Below are positions 36,372-46,753 of a stretch of DNA of 64,000 bases, piece after piece (position 1 is the stretch's first letter; each line of letters starts with the position of its first letter). The stretch is from NCBI GenBank assembly GCA_946407735.1, contig CAMJPL010000004.1, positions 6,782-70,781 on the forward strand, read 5' to 3'. Made by a program: the position numbers and the translations under genes. A model generated the notes under the pieces. That model saw only the letters and a program-made list of their open reading frames with translations. It had not been told where the DNA came from and ran no database searches. This DNA comes from an uncultured Clostridia bacterium (lineage in GTDB: Bacteria > Bacillota > Clostridia > Oscillospirales > CAG-272).

Positions 36372-36389
36372 CAATGAACCGCCGGTTTT

Positions 36390-38870
<2,481 letters not shown>

Positions 38871-38895
38871 ATAAGTGTTTTCCCGTTATCTGTAT

Positions 38896-39909
38896 TCAAT
38901 TATTATCTTCTTCATCCGCCGCGGACAGCAGCTCGCGGACGGCTTTCGCCCTCGCCTTGTCATGGCTCCTGTCGTCCGTCAGGCCCTCGGCCTGCACGCC
39001 GAGAAGCTCGTTCTCGCAGAAGCACGCGGCGCTGTCGATGACCGAGTAGTCGATATCGCAGCAGCCGTAGAATACGGCCGACCGCGCGTCTCTCCAGAGG
39101 CGTCTGTATTCGTCGGCAGGGATGATCAGAGCCGAGCGGAGGATCGCGAGAGCCCTCAGCGAGCGGTCGGCAATGATATCCGGATCGTCGCTCAGAAGAC
39201 CGGATCTTGCCGATCTCTCGAGCCCGCAGAGCTGAGTCGTTATATCCGAAAGCTTTTTCAGCGATTCCTGCTCGGACTGCCCCATGGTCGTCTGTGTCGA
39301 CAGGGTATATACCGACATGCCGACGCCGTAGGCCGGACGCATCGAAAGACCGAGCCTGCCGAGCTGAGGCATGACCTTTGCGAGCCTGCCGTCGCCCTCA
39401 AGAGCCGGCAGGAACAGATCGGCGGACATCCTGAACGCCGTGCCGAGGTCAGCCGGAGCGGCGGTGAGATATCCGAGCTTTTCGTCGAAAGCGATCTCGT
39501 ACTCTCCGCTCGTAAGATCGTCGAGCCCTGTTATCCTGAGGAAGGTCTCCTCCGGCTGCCAGCCCGGGCGGGATACGGCGAAGCGGACATGATCGCGTCC
39601 GTTCACGGCGGCGCAGTCGCGCTCATCATCGGTGCCGGCTGTGAATATCCCGTGAGGCAGCGGCGATGACGCGAGATCGTCGTCCTGCATGCCGCAGAGA
39701 AGGCGGATATAGGCCCCCTCATCCCCGTCGAAGCCGTCCAGCGGCTCGTATATCCATCCGTCAAGGACGCGGCTCATCCTGTCAATGACGTTCTGAGCGC
39801 CCGTCTCGTCGAGACACGCCGGGAAAGGAAGATCGGCGAAATTGCGCTGCAGCGCCGCTCTTGTGGTCATCACGACGTCGCGCATGATGTCATCGGTGCG
39901 GTAGGCCAT
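38896..39909 (-). CDS. mcsB: Protein arginine kinase (ATP:guanido phosphotransferase family)
   Basis: Blocks analogous to McsB (VNGRDHVRF, LGYLTAAPADLGTAFRMSADLFLPAL, TMGQSEQE) and its position between mcsA and clpC. I placed the start at ATG 39909, after GGGGAGGG. Confidence 0.85.
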   Translation of the reverse strand: MAYRTDDIMRDVVMTTRAALQRNFADLPFPACLDETGAQNVIDRMSRVLDGWIYEPLDGFDGDEGAYIRLLCGMQDDDLASSPLPHGIFTAGTDDERDCAAVNGRDHVRFAVSRPGWQPEETFLRITGLDDLTSGEYEIAFDEKLGYLTAAPADLGTAFRMSADLFLPALEGDGRLAKVMPQLGRLGLSMRPAYGVGMSVYTLSTQTTMGQSEQESLKKLSDITTQLCGLERSARSGLLSDDPDIIADRSLRALAILRSALIIPADEYRRLWRDARSAVFYGCCDIDYSVIDSAACFCENELLGVQAEGLTDDRSHDKARAKAVRELLSAADEEDNN

Positions 39910-39910
39910 A

Positions 39911-40495
39911 TCAGTTGCCCTCCCCTGCGTTTTCCTTCGCCTCGTTCTCATAGGCGCGGATAAGATCGCGCAGACGGGCGGCTTCCTCGTAATTCTCGTC
40001 TCTGACGGCGTCGAGCAGCTTCTGTCTGAGATCCACCTCGCCCGTCTCCGACTTCTCGGTCACCGGCTCCTTTATTATATCCTCGAGCGGCTCGACCAGC
40101 GGCTCGCGTCCGCCCGGCCTTCTCCCGACATAAGACGCGATACCGTGTATTCCGGTGACCGTCCCGCCGAGCTCGGATGCGAAGGATTTGTAGCACACCG
40201 CGCAGCCGACCCTTCCCGAGGCGGCTATCTCGTCGAACGAGCGTCCGCAGGCGGAGCATCTCTTCGACGGCTGTCTGTTCTCGGCGCTTTCCGTCGGCGC
40301 GGGAGCGTTCTCACGCATCGTTTTCTGCGATCCGCCGAGCATGCCGAGCAGATCGAGACCGGAAAGCAGCCCGAGACCGCCTATGCCGAGCTTCGCGGCG
40401 CAGGCGCGGCAGAGCGCGGCGGAGGTCGTCTTCCCGTTCACTGTCTTGTTTATATAGACGGCGGCTTCGCTTTTGCCGCAGTTTGAGCAGAGCAT
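39911..40495 (-). CDS. mcsA: McsA-like activator of protein arginine kinase (zinc-ribbon N-terminus, UVR C-terminus)
   Basis: MLCSNCGKSEA...CRAC and CSACG...CAVC zinc-finger pairs, plus a C-terminal UVR motif LRQKLLDAVRDENYEEAARLRDLIRAYE. Confidence 0.8.
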   Translation of the reverse strand: MLCSNCGKSEAAVYINKTVNGKTTSAALCRACAAKLGIGGLGLLSGLDLLGMLGGSQKTMRENAPAPTESAENRQPSKRCSACGRSFDEIAASGRVGCAVCYKSFASELGGTVTGIHGIASYVGRRPGGREPLVEPLEDIIKEPVTEKSETGEVDLRQKLLDAVRDENYEEAARLRDLIRAYENEAKENAGEGN

Positions 40496-40605
40496 CGTTT
40501 TTACCCTTTATTTCCGGGGAAATGCGGTGATCGGAAGATAAGACGATTTCCCCGAACGCCTCTCTTCACGGCTTGTGTCAGGCGGCTGTAAGAAGCCGCC
40601 CGGTA

Positions 40606-41043
40606 TCATTTGTTCTGCTTCATCACGGCGAGGGTGAGCTGTCTCAGCACTCCGGCGCGCTTCTCGTCGTCAGGCGCGGCCGACAGCGCGATGACGCAGA
40701 GATCGCGCTCCCTTTCGCTTACGAAGCCGGCGCCGGTGAGATTCGCTATATACGCCTCCGCCGAGCGCTGATCTATGCTGTCTCCGATGGCGGCGAAAAA
40801 GTGCATCAGATACTCGCTCGCGCTCATGTCCCGGCGTATGATCCTGACATATCCGCCGCCGCCGCGCTTGCTTTCGACTATATATCCCCTCTGCGGCGTG
40901 AAGCGCGAGCTGATGACGTAATTGATCTGGCTAGGGACGCATCCCATCTTTCCGGCCAGATCGTTTCGCCTGATGATCAGCATGCCGCCGGACTGCTCCA
41001 GCATATCCTCTATCATCTCGGCGACCTTGTCCGAAACTCCCAT
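40606..41043 (-). CDS. ctsR: Class III stress gene repressor CtsR
   Basis: SQINYVISSRFTPQRGYIVESKRGGGGYVRI is the hallmark CtsR winged-HTH/glycine-rich loop. Confidence 0.92.
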   Translation of the reverse strand: MGVSDKVAEMIEDMLEQSGGMLIIRRNDLAGKMGCVPSQINYVISSRFTPQRGYIVESKRGGGGYVRIIRRDMSASEYLMHFFAAIGDSIDQRSAEAYIANLTGAGFVSERERDLCVIALSAAPDDEKRAGVLRQLTLAVMKQNK

Positions 41044-41094
41044 AATGTATCACCCGCTTTGAATATCTTATTGATTTGATGAAATCCGATTATT

Positions 41095-41123
41095 ATTATA
41101 TCACATAAGTCAAAGAAAGTCAA
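41095..41123 (-). promoter_or_regulatory. Sigma-70-type promoter of the ctsR-mcsA-mcsB-clpC operon
   Basis: On the minus strand: TTGACT (41123-41118), 17-nt spacer, TATAAT (41100-41095). Confidence 0.7.
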
Positions 41124-41124
41124 G
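41108..41124. promoter_or_regulatory. CtsR operator (tandem heptad direct repeat)
   Basis: The plus strand reads AGTCAAA GAA AGTCAAG, against the published consensus (A/G)GTCAAA NAN (A/G)GTCAAA. It overlaps the -35 and spacer of the ctsR promoter. Confidence 0.8.
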
Positions 41125-41175
41125 GTCGATTTACAAAATTAATATAATGGACAAAAAGGATTTCAAAAACGTCCC

Positions 41176-41204
41176 TTACATGAGCCGCGCATGGATGTTA
41201 TAAT
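41176..41204 (+). promoter_or_regulatory. Sigma-70-type promoter for the GH140-like gene
   Basis: TTACAT (41176-41181), 17-nt spacer, TATAAT (41199-41204). Confidence 0.5.
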
Positions 41205-41241
41205 AGATGCAATATCACTAAAACCTCAGGGGGTATAAAAA

Positions 41242-42540
41242 ATGCTGAAAATACACGCCGACCGCAGACATTTCACCGACGAGACCGGCAGAACGGTATA
41301 TCTTATCGGAGACACGGCATGGGAGATGTTCCACCGTCTCAGCCGCGAGGAGGCCGTGCGGTATCTTGACTGCCGCGCGCAGCAGGGCTTCAGCTTCATC
41401 CAGAGCGTCATCCTCGCCGAGCAGAACGGGCTCACCGAGCCGAACGCCTACGGGCGGCTGCCGCTGAAAACCGGCATATCGGGCATGCCCGATCCTCTCC
41501 TTCCCGACACGGACGCCGGATACTCGTATTTCGATCACGTCGAGTTCATCGTCTCAGAGGCCGAGAAGCGCGGGCTCAGAATGGGGATACTCCCGACATG
41601 GGGAGACAAGTTCAACGCCCTGTGGGGAGGCGGCCCGGAGATATTCACAAAGGAAAACGCGTACGCATACGGAAAATGGCTGGCAGAGCGCCTGAGTCAT
41701 CATGACAATATCGTCTGGATCCTCGGAGGCGACCGCCCGCTGACGGAGGAGCGGCACTTCGATATCGTCGACGCGATGGCCGCCGGGCTGAAGGACGGCG
41801 ACGGCGGGAAATTCCTTATGACCTATCACCCGATGGGGGCCATGTCGTCGTCGCAGTTCCTCCACGGCAGAGAATGGCTCGATTTCAACATGATGCAGTC
41901 GGGGCACGGATGGCCGTCGACGCCGTCGCACGAGATGGCGGCGCACGACAGGAGCCTTGAGCCGGTAAAGCCTGTCATGGACGGCGAGCAGCGGTACGAG
42001 GATCACCCGATCAACTTCCAGCCGGAGATGGGATATTACGACGCCTACGACGTCCGGGTGACGATGTGGCGCAATCTTTTCTGCGGGACGGCGGGGACCA
42101 CCTACGGCCATCACGCCGTCTGGCCGATGAGCCGGAATATAAACCGATATTTCCCGAACACATGGGAAAACGCGCTGAGAAGGCCCGCCGCTCAGTCGGT
42201 GCATGTGCTGAGAGAGTTCACCGACAGCCGCGACATCGCGCTTTACGAGCCTGTCACGGACGCGATACTCGACAACGTGCCGGGCGCGAATTACGCCGCC
42301 GCGATGATAAGCCGGAAGACCCGCTCAGCCTTCATACACATCCCCTGCGGCGTGCCGGAGAGGATAAATCCCTCTGTTTTCGACTGCCCGATATGCCGCA
42401 TCAGCGCCTTCTCCCCCGAGGACGGCTCGGATATCGCCGCCGTGATCGGGGACGACGGGCTGATATCCTTCCCCGGACGTGCCGCCGGGCGAAATCAGGA
42501 CGCCGTCGTTTCGCTCGAATGGAAGGAGCCGAATCCATGA
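41242..42540 (+). CDS. DUF4038 / glycoside hydrolase family 140-like protein, no signal peptide
   Basis: The N-terminus FTDETGRTVYLIGDTAWEMFHRLSREEAVRYLDCRAQQGFSFIQSVILAE matches the DUF4038 (GH140) (beta/alpha)8 pattern. RBS AGGGGG. Confidence 0.7.
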   Translation: MLKIHADRRHFTDETGRTVYLIGDTAWEMFHRLSREEAVRYLDCRAQQGFSFIQSVILAEQNGLTEPNAYGRLPLKTGISGMPDPLLPDTDAGYSYFDHVEFIVSEAEKRGLRMGILPTWGDKFNALWGGGPEIFTKENAYAYGKWLAERLSHHDNIVWILGGDRPLTEERHFDIVDAMAAGLKDGDGGKFLMTYHPMGAMSSSQFLHGREWLDFNMMQSGHGWPSTPSHEMAAHDRSLEPVKPVMDGEQRYEDHPINFQPEMGYYDAYDVRVTMWRNLFCGTAGTTYGHHAVWPMSRNINRYFPNTWENALRRPAAQSVHVLREFTDSRDIALYEPVTDAILDNVPGANYAAAMISRKTRSAFIHIPCGVPERINPSVFDCPICRISAFSPEDGSDIAAVIGDDGLISFPGRAAGRNQDAVVSLEWKEPNP

Positions 42541-43526
42541 CGGCCGACATGACGGCTCCGCAGGAGGCCGAAAGCCTGAAATACTGCCTTTTCGACAGCG
42601 GCGGGACCCTGATCCTGCGCTACAACCTCGACAGGTATTACAGCTCGGAGAAAGGCAAGGTCAGCCATTCCTTCCCGGTCATGAAGCTGGGTGTCATAAC
42701 CGAGGGAGAGGCCGACTGGAGGTTCATCGGCGGGGTTTCCCACACCGTTCCGGGCGATATCGTCGTGCTCAGGCCGAACTCGCCGCGTGTCGTCGAGAAC
42801 ATCACTGGCGATCATCTTTCCTGCGATATGTTCTCCTTCATTCTCCCGGCGGTATCGTCGAACGACAGATGCGTCGAGCTGTTCTACTCCGAGTCGTCTA
42901 CCGCGCCGAACGTGCTTTCGCATGAGCACGAATCGTCCGAAGAGGTGAGAGAACTGCTCAATGAGATAGTATGCGAGCTAGACAGTGACGAGCCGTTCTG
43001 CTGCGACATGGTCCTCAGCCTGCTGAGACAGGCAGTGGTGAAGATCTGCCGCGCTTTCGGTATGAGGATGTCCGGCGGCTATCATACCGTCAGCAGGTAC
43101 ACCGACAGACATTTTGAGACCGAGAGGTTCGACAGGGAAAACGCGCGCTTCCGCCACGACGACGAGAAGACGATCAGCTTCGTCATCGCCGGAGTGACAG
43201 ATTATATAAAAAACTCCTTCGAAGGGCCGATAGACGTCGATTCTCTCGCCGGGATGACGCATATGAGCCGCAGCACCTTTTTCAGGCACTTCCGGGCGCA
43301 GACCGGAATGACGGTGAACAGGTACATCCAGCGGTGCCGCGTGGAAAAGGTGATCGAGAGGCTGTCGGATTCGGGCGGGAACATACTCGACGCGGCCCTC
43401 GGCTGCGGATTCAGCTCGAGCTCTGGCTTTTACGCCGCATTCAGGAGCGTTACCGGCATGTCGCCGCGCGAATTCCTCGCCGAGGGATATACTCTCAGAG
43501 AAAAAGCAGAGATCAGATCAAAATGA
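42537..43526 (+). CDS. AraC-family transcriptional regulator
   Basis: ATGA overlap with the GH140-like stop. The C-terminus carries a double HTH (SRSTFFRHFRAQTGMTVNRYIQRCRVEKV...GFSSSSGFYAAFRSVTGMSPREF). The N-terminal domain is cupin-like. Confidence 0.85.
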   Translation: MTADMTAPQEAESLKYCLFDSGGTLILRYNLDRYYSSEKGKVSHSFPVMKLGVITEGEADWRFIGGVSHTVPGDIVVLRPNSPRVVENITGDHLSCDMFSFILPAVSSNDRCVELFYSESSTAPNVLSHEHESSEEVRELLNEIVCELDSDEPFCCDMVLSLLRQAVVKICRAFGMRMSGGYHTVSRYTDRHFETERFDRENARFRHDDEKTISFVIAGVTDYIKNSFEGPIDVDSLAGMTHMSRSTFFRHFRAQTGMTVNRYIQRCRVEKVIERLSDSGGNILDAALGCGFSSSSGFYAAFRSVTGMSPREFLAEGYTLREKAEIRSK

Positions 43527-43655
43527 CACTATCCGGGACAAATCTCGGATTATCCGGGAAGAACATCGCAGACTGAGATGATATAATTATAGAAGACAGG
43601 CCGCCTTATGACCTGCCTTGCCATCAAAAACAGTCGAAAGCGAAAGGATATGACC

Positions 43656-44750
43656 ATGAATCTGATCAAAAGGCTCGCGCTGCCGGCGCTTATCGCCGCC
43701 GCATCGCTCACCGTCGGCTCTTACGCCGGAGTCATGCAGTCCACAGCTCCCTCAGCGGATCTTCCCGCCGGTACGCTGATCTATTTCGAGGACTTCGAGA
43801 ACGCCTCGGGCAGCGATACCGATTCCACCCTCGCATCCCTCGGCTGGACGAAGGAGGAGGGACTTCGCGACTTCACCGCCATCTTCACCATCGAGGACGG
43901 GCATCTGCACATAGACAACCTCGACGAGACCGTCGGCGAGAGCCAGGACTCATACGCCGGAATCATGTCGAGCGACTGGCTGTCGAACTTCGCGAAGGGC
44001 GATTACACCTACCAGTATGAGGCGACCTACCGCGCCGCCGAGAACACCTACCGCTATGTCTCGCTGCTCTGCAACTACGACGGCGTGAACAACTACAACA
44101 CCGTCGACGTCCGCTACCGCGGCGACGGCTACAACCAGGTCCGCCGCGAGGACAGCTGGATCCACTATTCCGACGCCGATATGCCGATGGGCGACACCGG
44201 CGAGGAAGGCATGGCCGCGAAGGTATTCGGCATCGAGTATGACGAGAACGAGTACGCCCTCACCGACAGGACCTTCACCGTCCGCGTCGAAATGGTGCAC
44301 GACAAGGGGCCGAGAGTCTTCGTCGACGGAGTGCTCGTCTCCGAGATGACCGAGAACGAGGATCAGTGGGGCGACATCGACGCCTACGCGATCTGCTTCA
44401 AGACCTCCACCAAGCTGAAATCCGACATCGACAACATCATGGTATGGGCCGGCGTCGGCTGTGAGCCCGACATGAGCGTTCTGATCGAGGAGGAGCCGGC
44501 TCCCGCCGAGACTGCCGCTCCCGCCCCGGCCGAGACCGCGGCGCCCGCCGCCGCACCTGCTGCGGCGCCCGCTGAGACAGCGGCTACCGCTCCCGCGGCT
44601 GCTCCCGTCGCAGCGGCTCCCGTCGCCGCCGCCGCTCCGGCTTCGCCCGCTCCGGCAGCTCAGACAGGCGACACGACCGCCGTCATCGTTCTCGCCGCAG
44701 CCGCCGCGCTCGGCACGGCCGTCATCGTCGGCAGAAGAAAAGACAGCTGA
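43656..44750 (+). CDS. Secreted concanavalin-A/LamG-like jelly-roll protein with an Ala/Pro stalk and a C-terminal AAQTGD + TM + RRK wall-sorting-like signal
   Basis: Signal peptide MNLIKRLALPALIAAASLTVGSYAG. A ~230-aa beta-rich domain ends in ...DIDNIMVWAG. Ala/Pro repeats follow, then AQTGDTTAVIVLAAAAALGTAVIVGRRKDS. The start could also be 43650 or 43608. Confidence 0.6.
   Translation: MNLIKRLALPALIAAASLTVGSYAGVMQSTAPSADLPAGTLIYFEDFENASGSDTDSTLASLGWTKEEGLRDFTAIFTIEDGHLHIDNLDETVGESQDSYAGIMSSDWLSNFAKGDYTYQYEATYRAAENTYRYVSLLCNYDGVNNYNTVDVRYRGDGYNQVRREDSWIHYSDADMPMGDTGEEGMAAKVFGIEYDENEYALTDRTFTVRVEMVHDKGPRVFVDGVLVSEMTENEDQWGDIDAYAICFKTSTKLKSDIDNIMVWAGVGCEPDMSVLIEEEPAPAETAAPAPAETAAPAAAPAAAPAETAATAPAAAPVAAAPVAAAAPASPAPAAQTGDTTAVIVLAAAAALGTAVIVGRRKDS
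44496..44657 (+). repeat. GC-rich imperfect tandem repeats encoding the Ala/Pro stalk (coding low complexity)
   Basis: PAPAETAAPAPAETAAPAAAPAAAPAETAATAPAAAPVAAAPVAAAAPASPAPA, encoded by reiterated gctcccgcc/gccgagac units. Confidence 0.7.
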
Positions 44751-44807
44751 CCGTGCCTAATTAAAAGCATAGCTTTAAAGGCGCCGAAATACGAATCCTC
44801 CTTTCTC

Positions 44808-44837
44808 AGAGTCCCCTCACGGGGACTCTTATTTTGG
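44808..44837 (+). terminator. Intrinsic terminator
   Basis: Perfect 9-bp stem agagtcccc / ggggactct with loop tcac, then tattttgg. Confidence 0.7.
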
Positions 44838-44881
44838 TGTTTGTGCACAAATCCCACCCGTTTTTTTGTAGGAATTGCTAA

Positions 44882-44910
44882 TTGTATTCTTTAATTTTTT
44901 GTGATATAAT
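44882..44910 (+). promoter_or_regulatory. Sigma-70-type promoter (extended -10) for the CBM9 surface protein gene
   Basis: TTGTAT (44882-44887), 17-nt spacer, TGATATAAT with TATAAT at 44905-44910. Confidence 0.6.
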
Positions 44911-44961
44911 AGCATTGTTTCCAATTAATGGAATACACATTTTCAGGAAAGAGGTATGAAA

Positions 44962-46506
44962 ATGAAAAAAATCATTTCATTTGCCGTAGTCGGCGCGATG
45001 GCTCTGTCTATGGCTATGCCTGTCTTCGCCGCTCCGATATCCAAGAACGTTCTCAACGGAACTCCGGATCTCGACGGCAAGCTGGATGAAATCTACAAGT
45101 CCTCCGCTTCCATGAAGCTGGAGAACAACAACTTCTATGTCTGGGGCGACGTTTCCGAGACCGATTCGGACGCCACCGCCTACTTCCTCTGGGACAACAC
45201 CTTCCTTTACTACTGCGTAGAGGTAAAGGACTCCACACCGACCAAGCCCGACGAGTCCGAAACATGGCAGAACGACGCCGTCGAGATGTGGTTCGACGAC
45301 GGAGAGATGAAGAACAAGATTCACGCCGCTTATGACGGCGCCTTCTTCGTAGGCGGCGACGCCGACGGCGACGTTCCTTACGACTTCTCCAAGGCTCACG
45401 CCTTCGCCGCCGACATCGCCGGCGGATACAGCATCGAGGTCGCGCTTCCCTTCAACAATCTGAAGGCCGGACGCACCTTCGTCGCCACGCTCCAGGTCGA
45501 TGATATCGTTGACGCCTCGCATGAAAGCGGAGCCGCCCACGGCTATCAGATCGGCAACATCGAAGGCGATGAGGAGACCTGGACCTTCACTCTCTCCGCC
45601 GACAAGGTTGCCGCCGCTGCCGCTCCCGCCGCCTCCGGCGACAGAGGAGCCGCTTCTCTCGGCAACGTTCCGCAGTCCTACGCCGACATCACCGTCGACG
45701 CCCAGAAGGACGCCATCTATGACGAGGCTCTCGTTCTCGACATCAGCCGTCCGCTCACCGAGGGACAGGACGAGACCGGATGCCACGGCACCGGCTGGCT
45801 TCTCTACAAGGACGGCTGGCTGTATGAGTATGTCGAGGTCACCGACCCGCAGCTCTTCGATCCCGATCCGTCCAAGCAGACCGACACCCCGTGGGAGACC
45901 GAGTCCGTCGAGCTCTTCGTGAACGTCCTCAACAGCGAGGAATCCACCGACGTCATGCAGTACCGCATCGACTGCCAGGGCTGGCCGTGCGTTTACGACC
46001 AGAACGGCCTTGCCGACTACGGTCCCGAGAATGTCGGCGACGCCTTCAAGTATGCCGAAACCGCCATCTCCGGCGGCTACGCCGTTGAGTTCGCCGTTCC
46101 GCTGAATGTCGCCGAGGGCGCTCATGTCAGCTTCCAGAACCAGATCAACGACCGCTACAACGATGACGAGAGCCAGGTACAGTGGATGACCCCGTCCTCA
46201 CTCGGATCCTCCTCCTGGACCGCCGAGCTCTACGATTACATCGTGATCGGCTCGATGCTCACTCCTCCGGCCGCTCCGGCTGAGGCCGCTCCTGCCGCCG
46301 AGGCTGCTCCCGCTGCCGCCGCCGCTCCGGCCGCTGCCGCCGCTCCGGCTCCCGCCGCTGAGGCTGCTCCGGCTGCCGCTCCTGTGGCCGCCGCCGCTCC
46401 CGCTGCCGCCGCTCCGGCCGCTCAGACCGGTGACTCCGTCGCTCTTATCGCTCTCGCCGCCGTCGCCGCTCTCGGCTGCGCCGTCGTGATCGGAAAGAGA
46501 AAGTAA
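44962..46506 (+). CDS. Secreted protein with two CBM9-like (DOMON-like) carbohydrate-binding modules, an Ala/Pro stalk, and a C-terminal AAQTGD + TM + KRK sorting-like signal
   Basis: Signal peptide MKKIISFAVVGAMALSMAMPVFA. There are two modules with the CBM9-like pattern (DGKLDEIYKSS...AYFLWDNTFLYYCVEVKD...WQNDAVEMWFD, and DAQKDAIYDEA...GWLLYKDGWLYEYVEVTD...WETESVELFVN). The tail is AQTGDSVALIALAAVAALGCAVVIGKRK. ATG 44962 has better RBS spacing than ATG 44956. Confidence 0.7.
   Translation: MKKIISFAVVGAMALSMAMPVFAAPISKNVLNGTPDLDGKLDEIYKSSASMKLENNNFYVWGDVSETDSDATAYFLWDNTFLYYCVEVKDSTPTKPDESETWQNDAVEMWFDDGEMKNKIHAAYDGAFFVGGDADGDVPYDFSKAHAFAADIAGGYSIEVALPFNNLKAGRTFVATLQVDDIVDASHESGAAHGYQIGNIEGDEETWTFTLSADKVAAAAAPAASGDRGAASLGNVPQSYADITVDAQKDAIYDEALVLDISRPLTEGQDETGCHGTGWLLYKDGWLYEYVEVTDPQLFDPDPSKQTDTPWETESVELFVNVLNSEESTDVMQYRIDCQGWPCVYDQNGLADYGPENVGDAFKYAETAISGGYAVEFAVPLNVAEGAHVSFQNQINDRYNDDESQVQWMTPSSLGSSSWTAELYDYIVIGSMLTPPAAPAEAAPAAEAAPAAAAAPAAAAAPAPAAEAAPAAAPVAAAAPAAAAPAAQTGDSVALIALAAVAALGCAVVIGKRK
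46264..46419 (+). repeat. GC-rich imperfect tandem repeats encoding the Ala/Pro stalk (coding low complexity)
   Basis: PPAAPAEAAPAAEAAPAAAAAPAAAAAPAPAAEAAPAAAPVAAAAPAAAAPA, encoded by reiterated gctccggc/gccgctgcc units. Confidence 0.7.
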
Positions 46507-46535
46507 TCAGGAACATTACAGTCTGATACTTACCT

Positions 46536-46575
46536 CCGTCCCCTCCGCATCTGCCGGAGGGGACGGCTTTTTCTG
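46536..46575 (+). terminator. Intrinsic terminator
   Basis: Perfect 12-bp stem ccgtcccctccg / cggaggggacgg with a 7-nt loop, followed by ctttttctg. Confidence 0.8.
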
Positions 46576-46670
46576 TTCAGCCGCATAAAGACATCTCTGT
46601 CTCAAAACCGCATTCCCCCGGTCATTAAACATGCACAAATTTTCATTGATTTATTTGTTCAGTCCGCTAA

Positions 46671-46699
46671 TTGCGCGGCGATTATAATTCTGGTATAAT
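46671..46699 (+). promoter_or_regulatory. Sigma-70-type promoter (extended -10) for the solute-binding lipoprotein gene
   Basis: TTGCGC (46671-46676), 17-nt spacer, TGGTATAAT with TATAAT at 46694-46699. Confidence 0.55.
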
Positions 46700-46753
46700 A
46701 GATTAAACTGCATTTATACTATCGCTCGCGGCAGCAAAATACAGGTGATGAAA

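Noticed and set aside
42066-42536. N-terminal 157-aa extension of the AraC-regulator ORF
   Set aside because: The extension is Arg-rich low complexity and lies entirely inside the GH140-like gene in another frame. A start at ATG 42537, overlapping the GH140 stop (ATGA), gives a normal AraC-family length.
44496-44657. Reiterated GC-rich short repeats here and at 46264-46419, considered as a possible CRISPR-like or non-coding tandem array
   Set aside because: They lie in frame inside two ORFs and encode Ala/Pro stalks. The units are imperfect, with no spacer/repeat periodicity. This is coding low complexity.
44977-46125. 382-aa ORF antisense to the CBM9 surface protein gene
   Set aside because: It is the mirror frame of a gene with a clear signal peptide, domains, promoter and terminator. 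The antisense product is Gly/Val/Asp-rich with no motifs or RBS.
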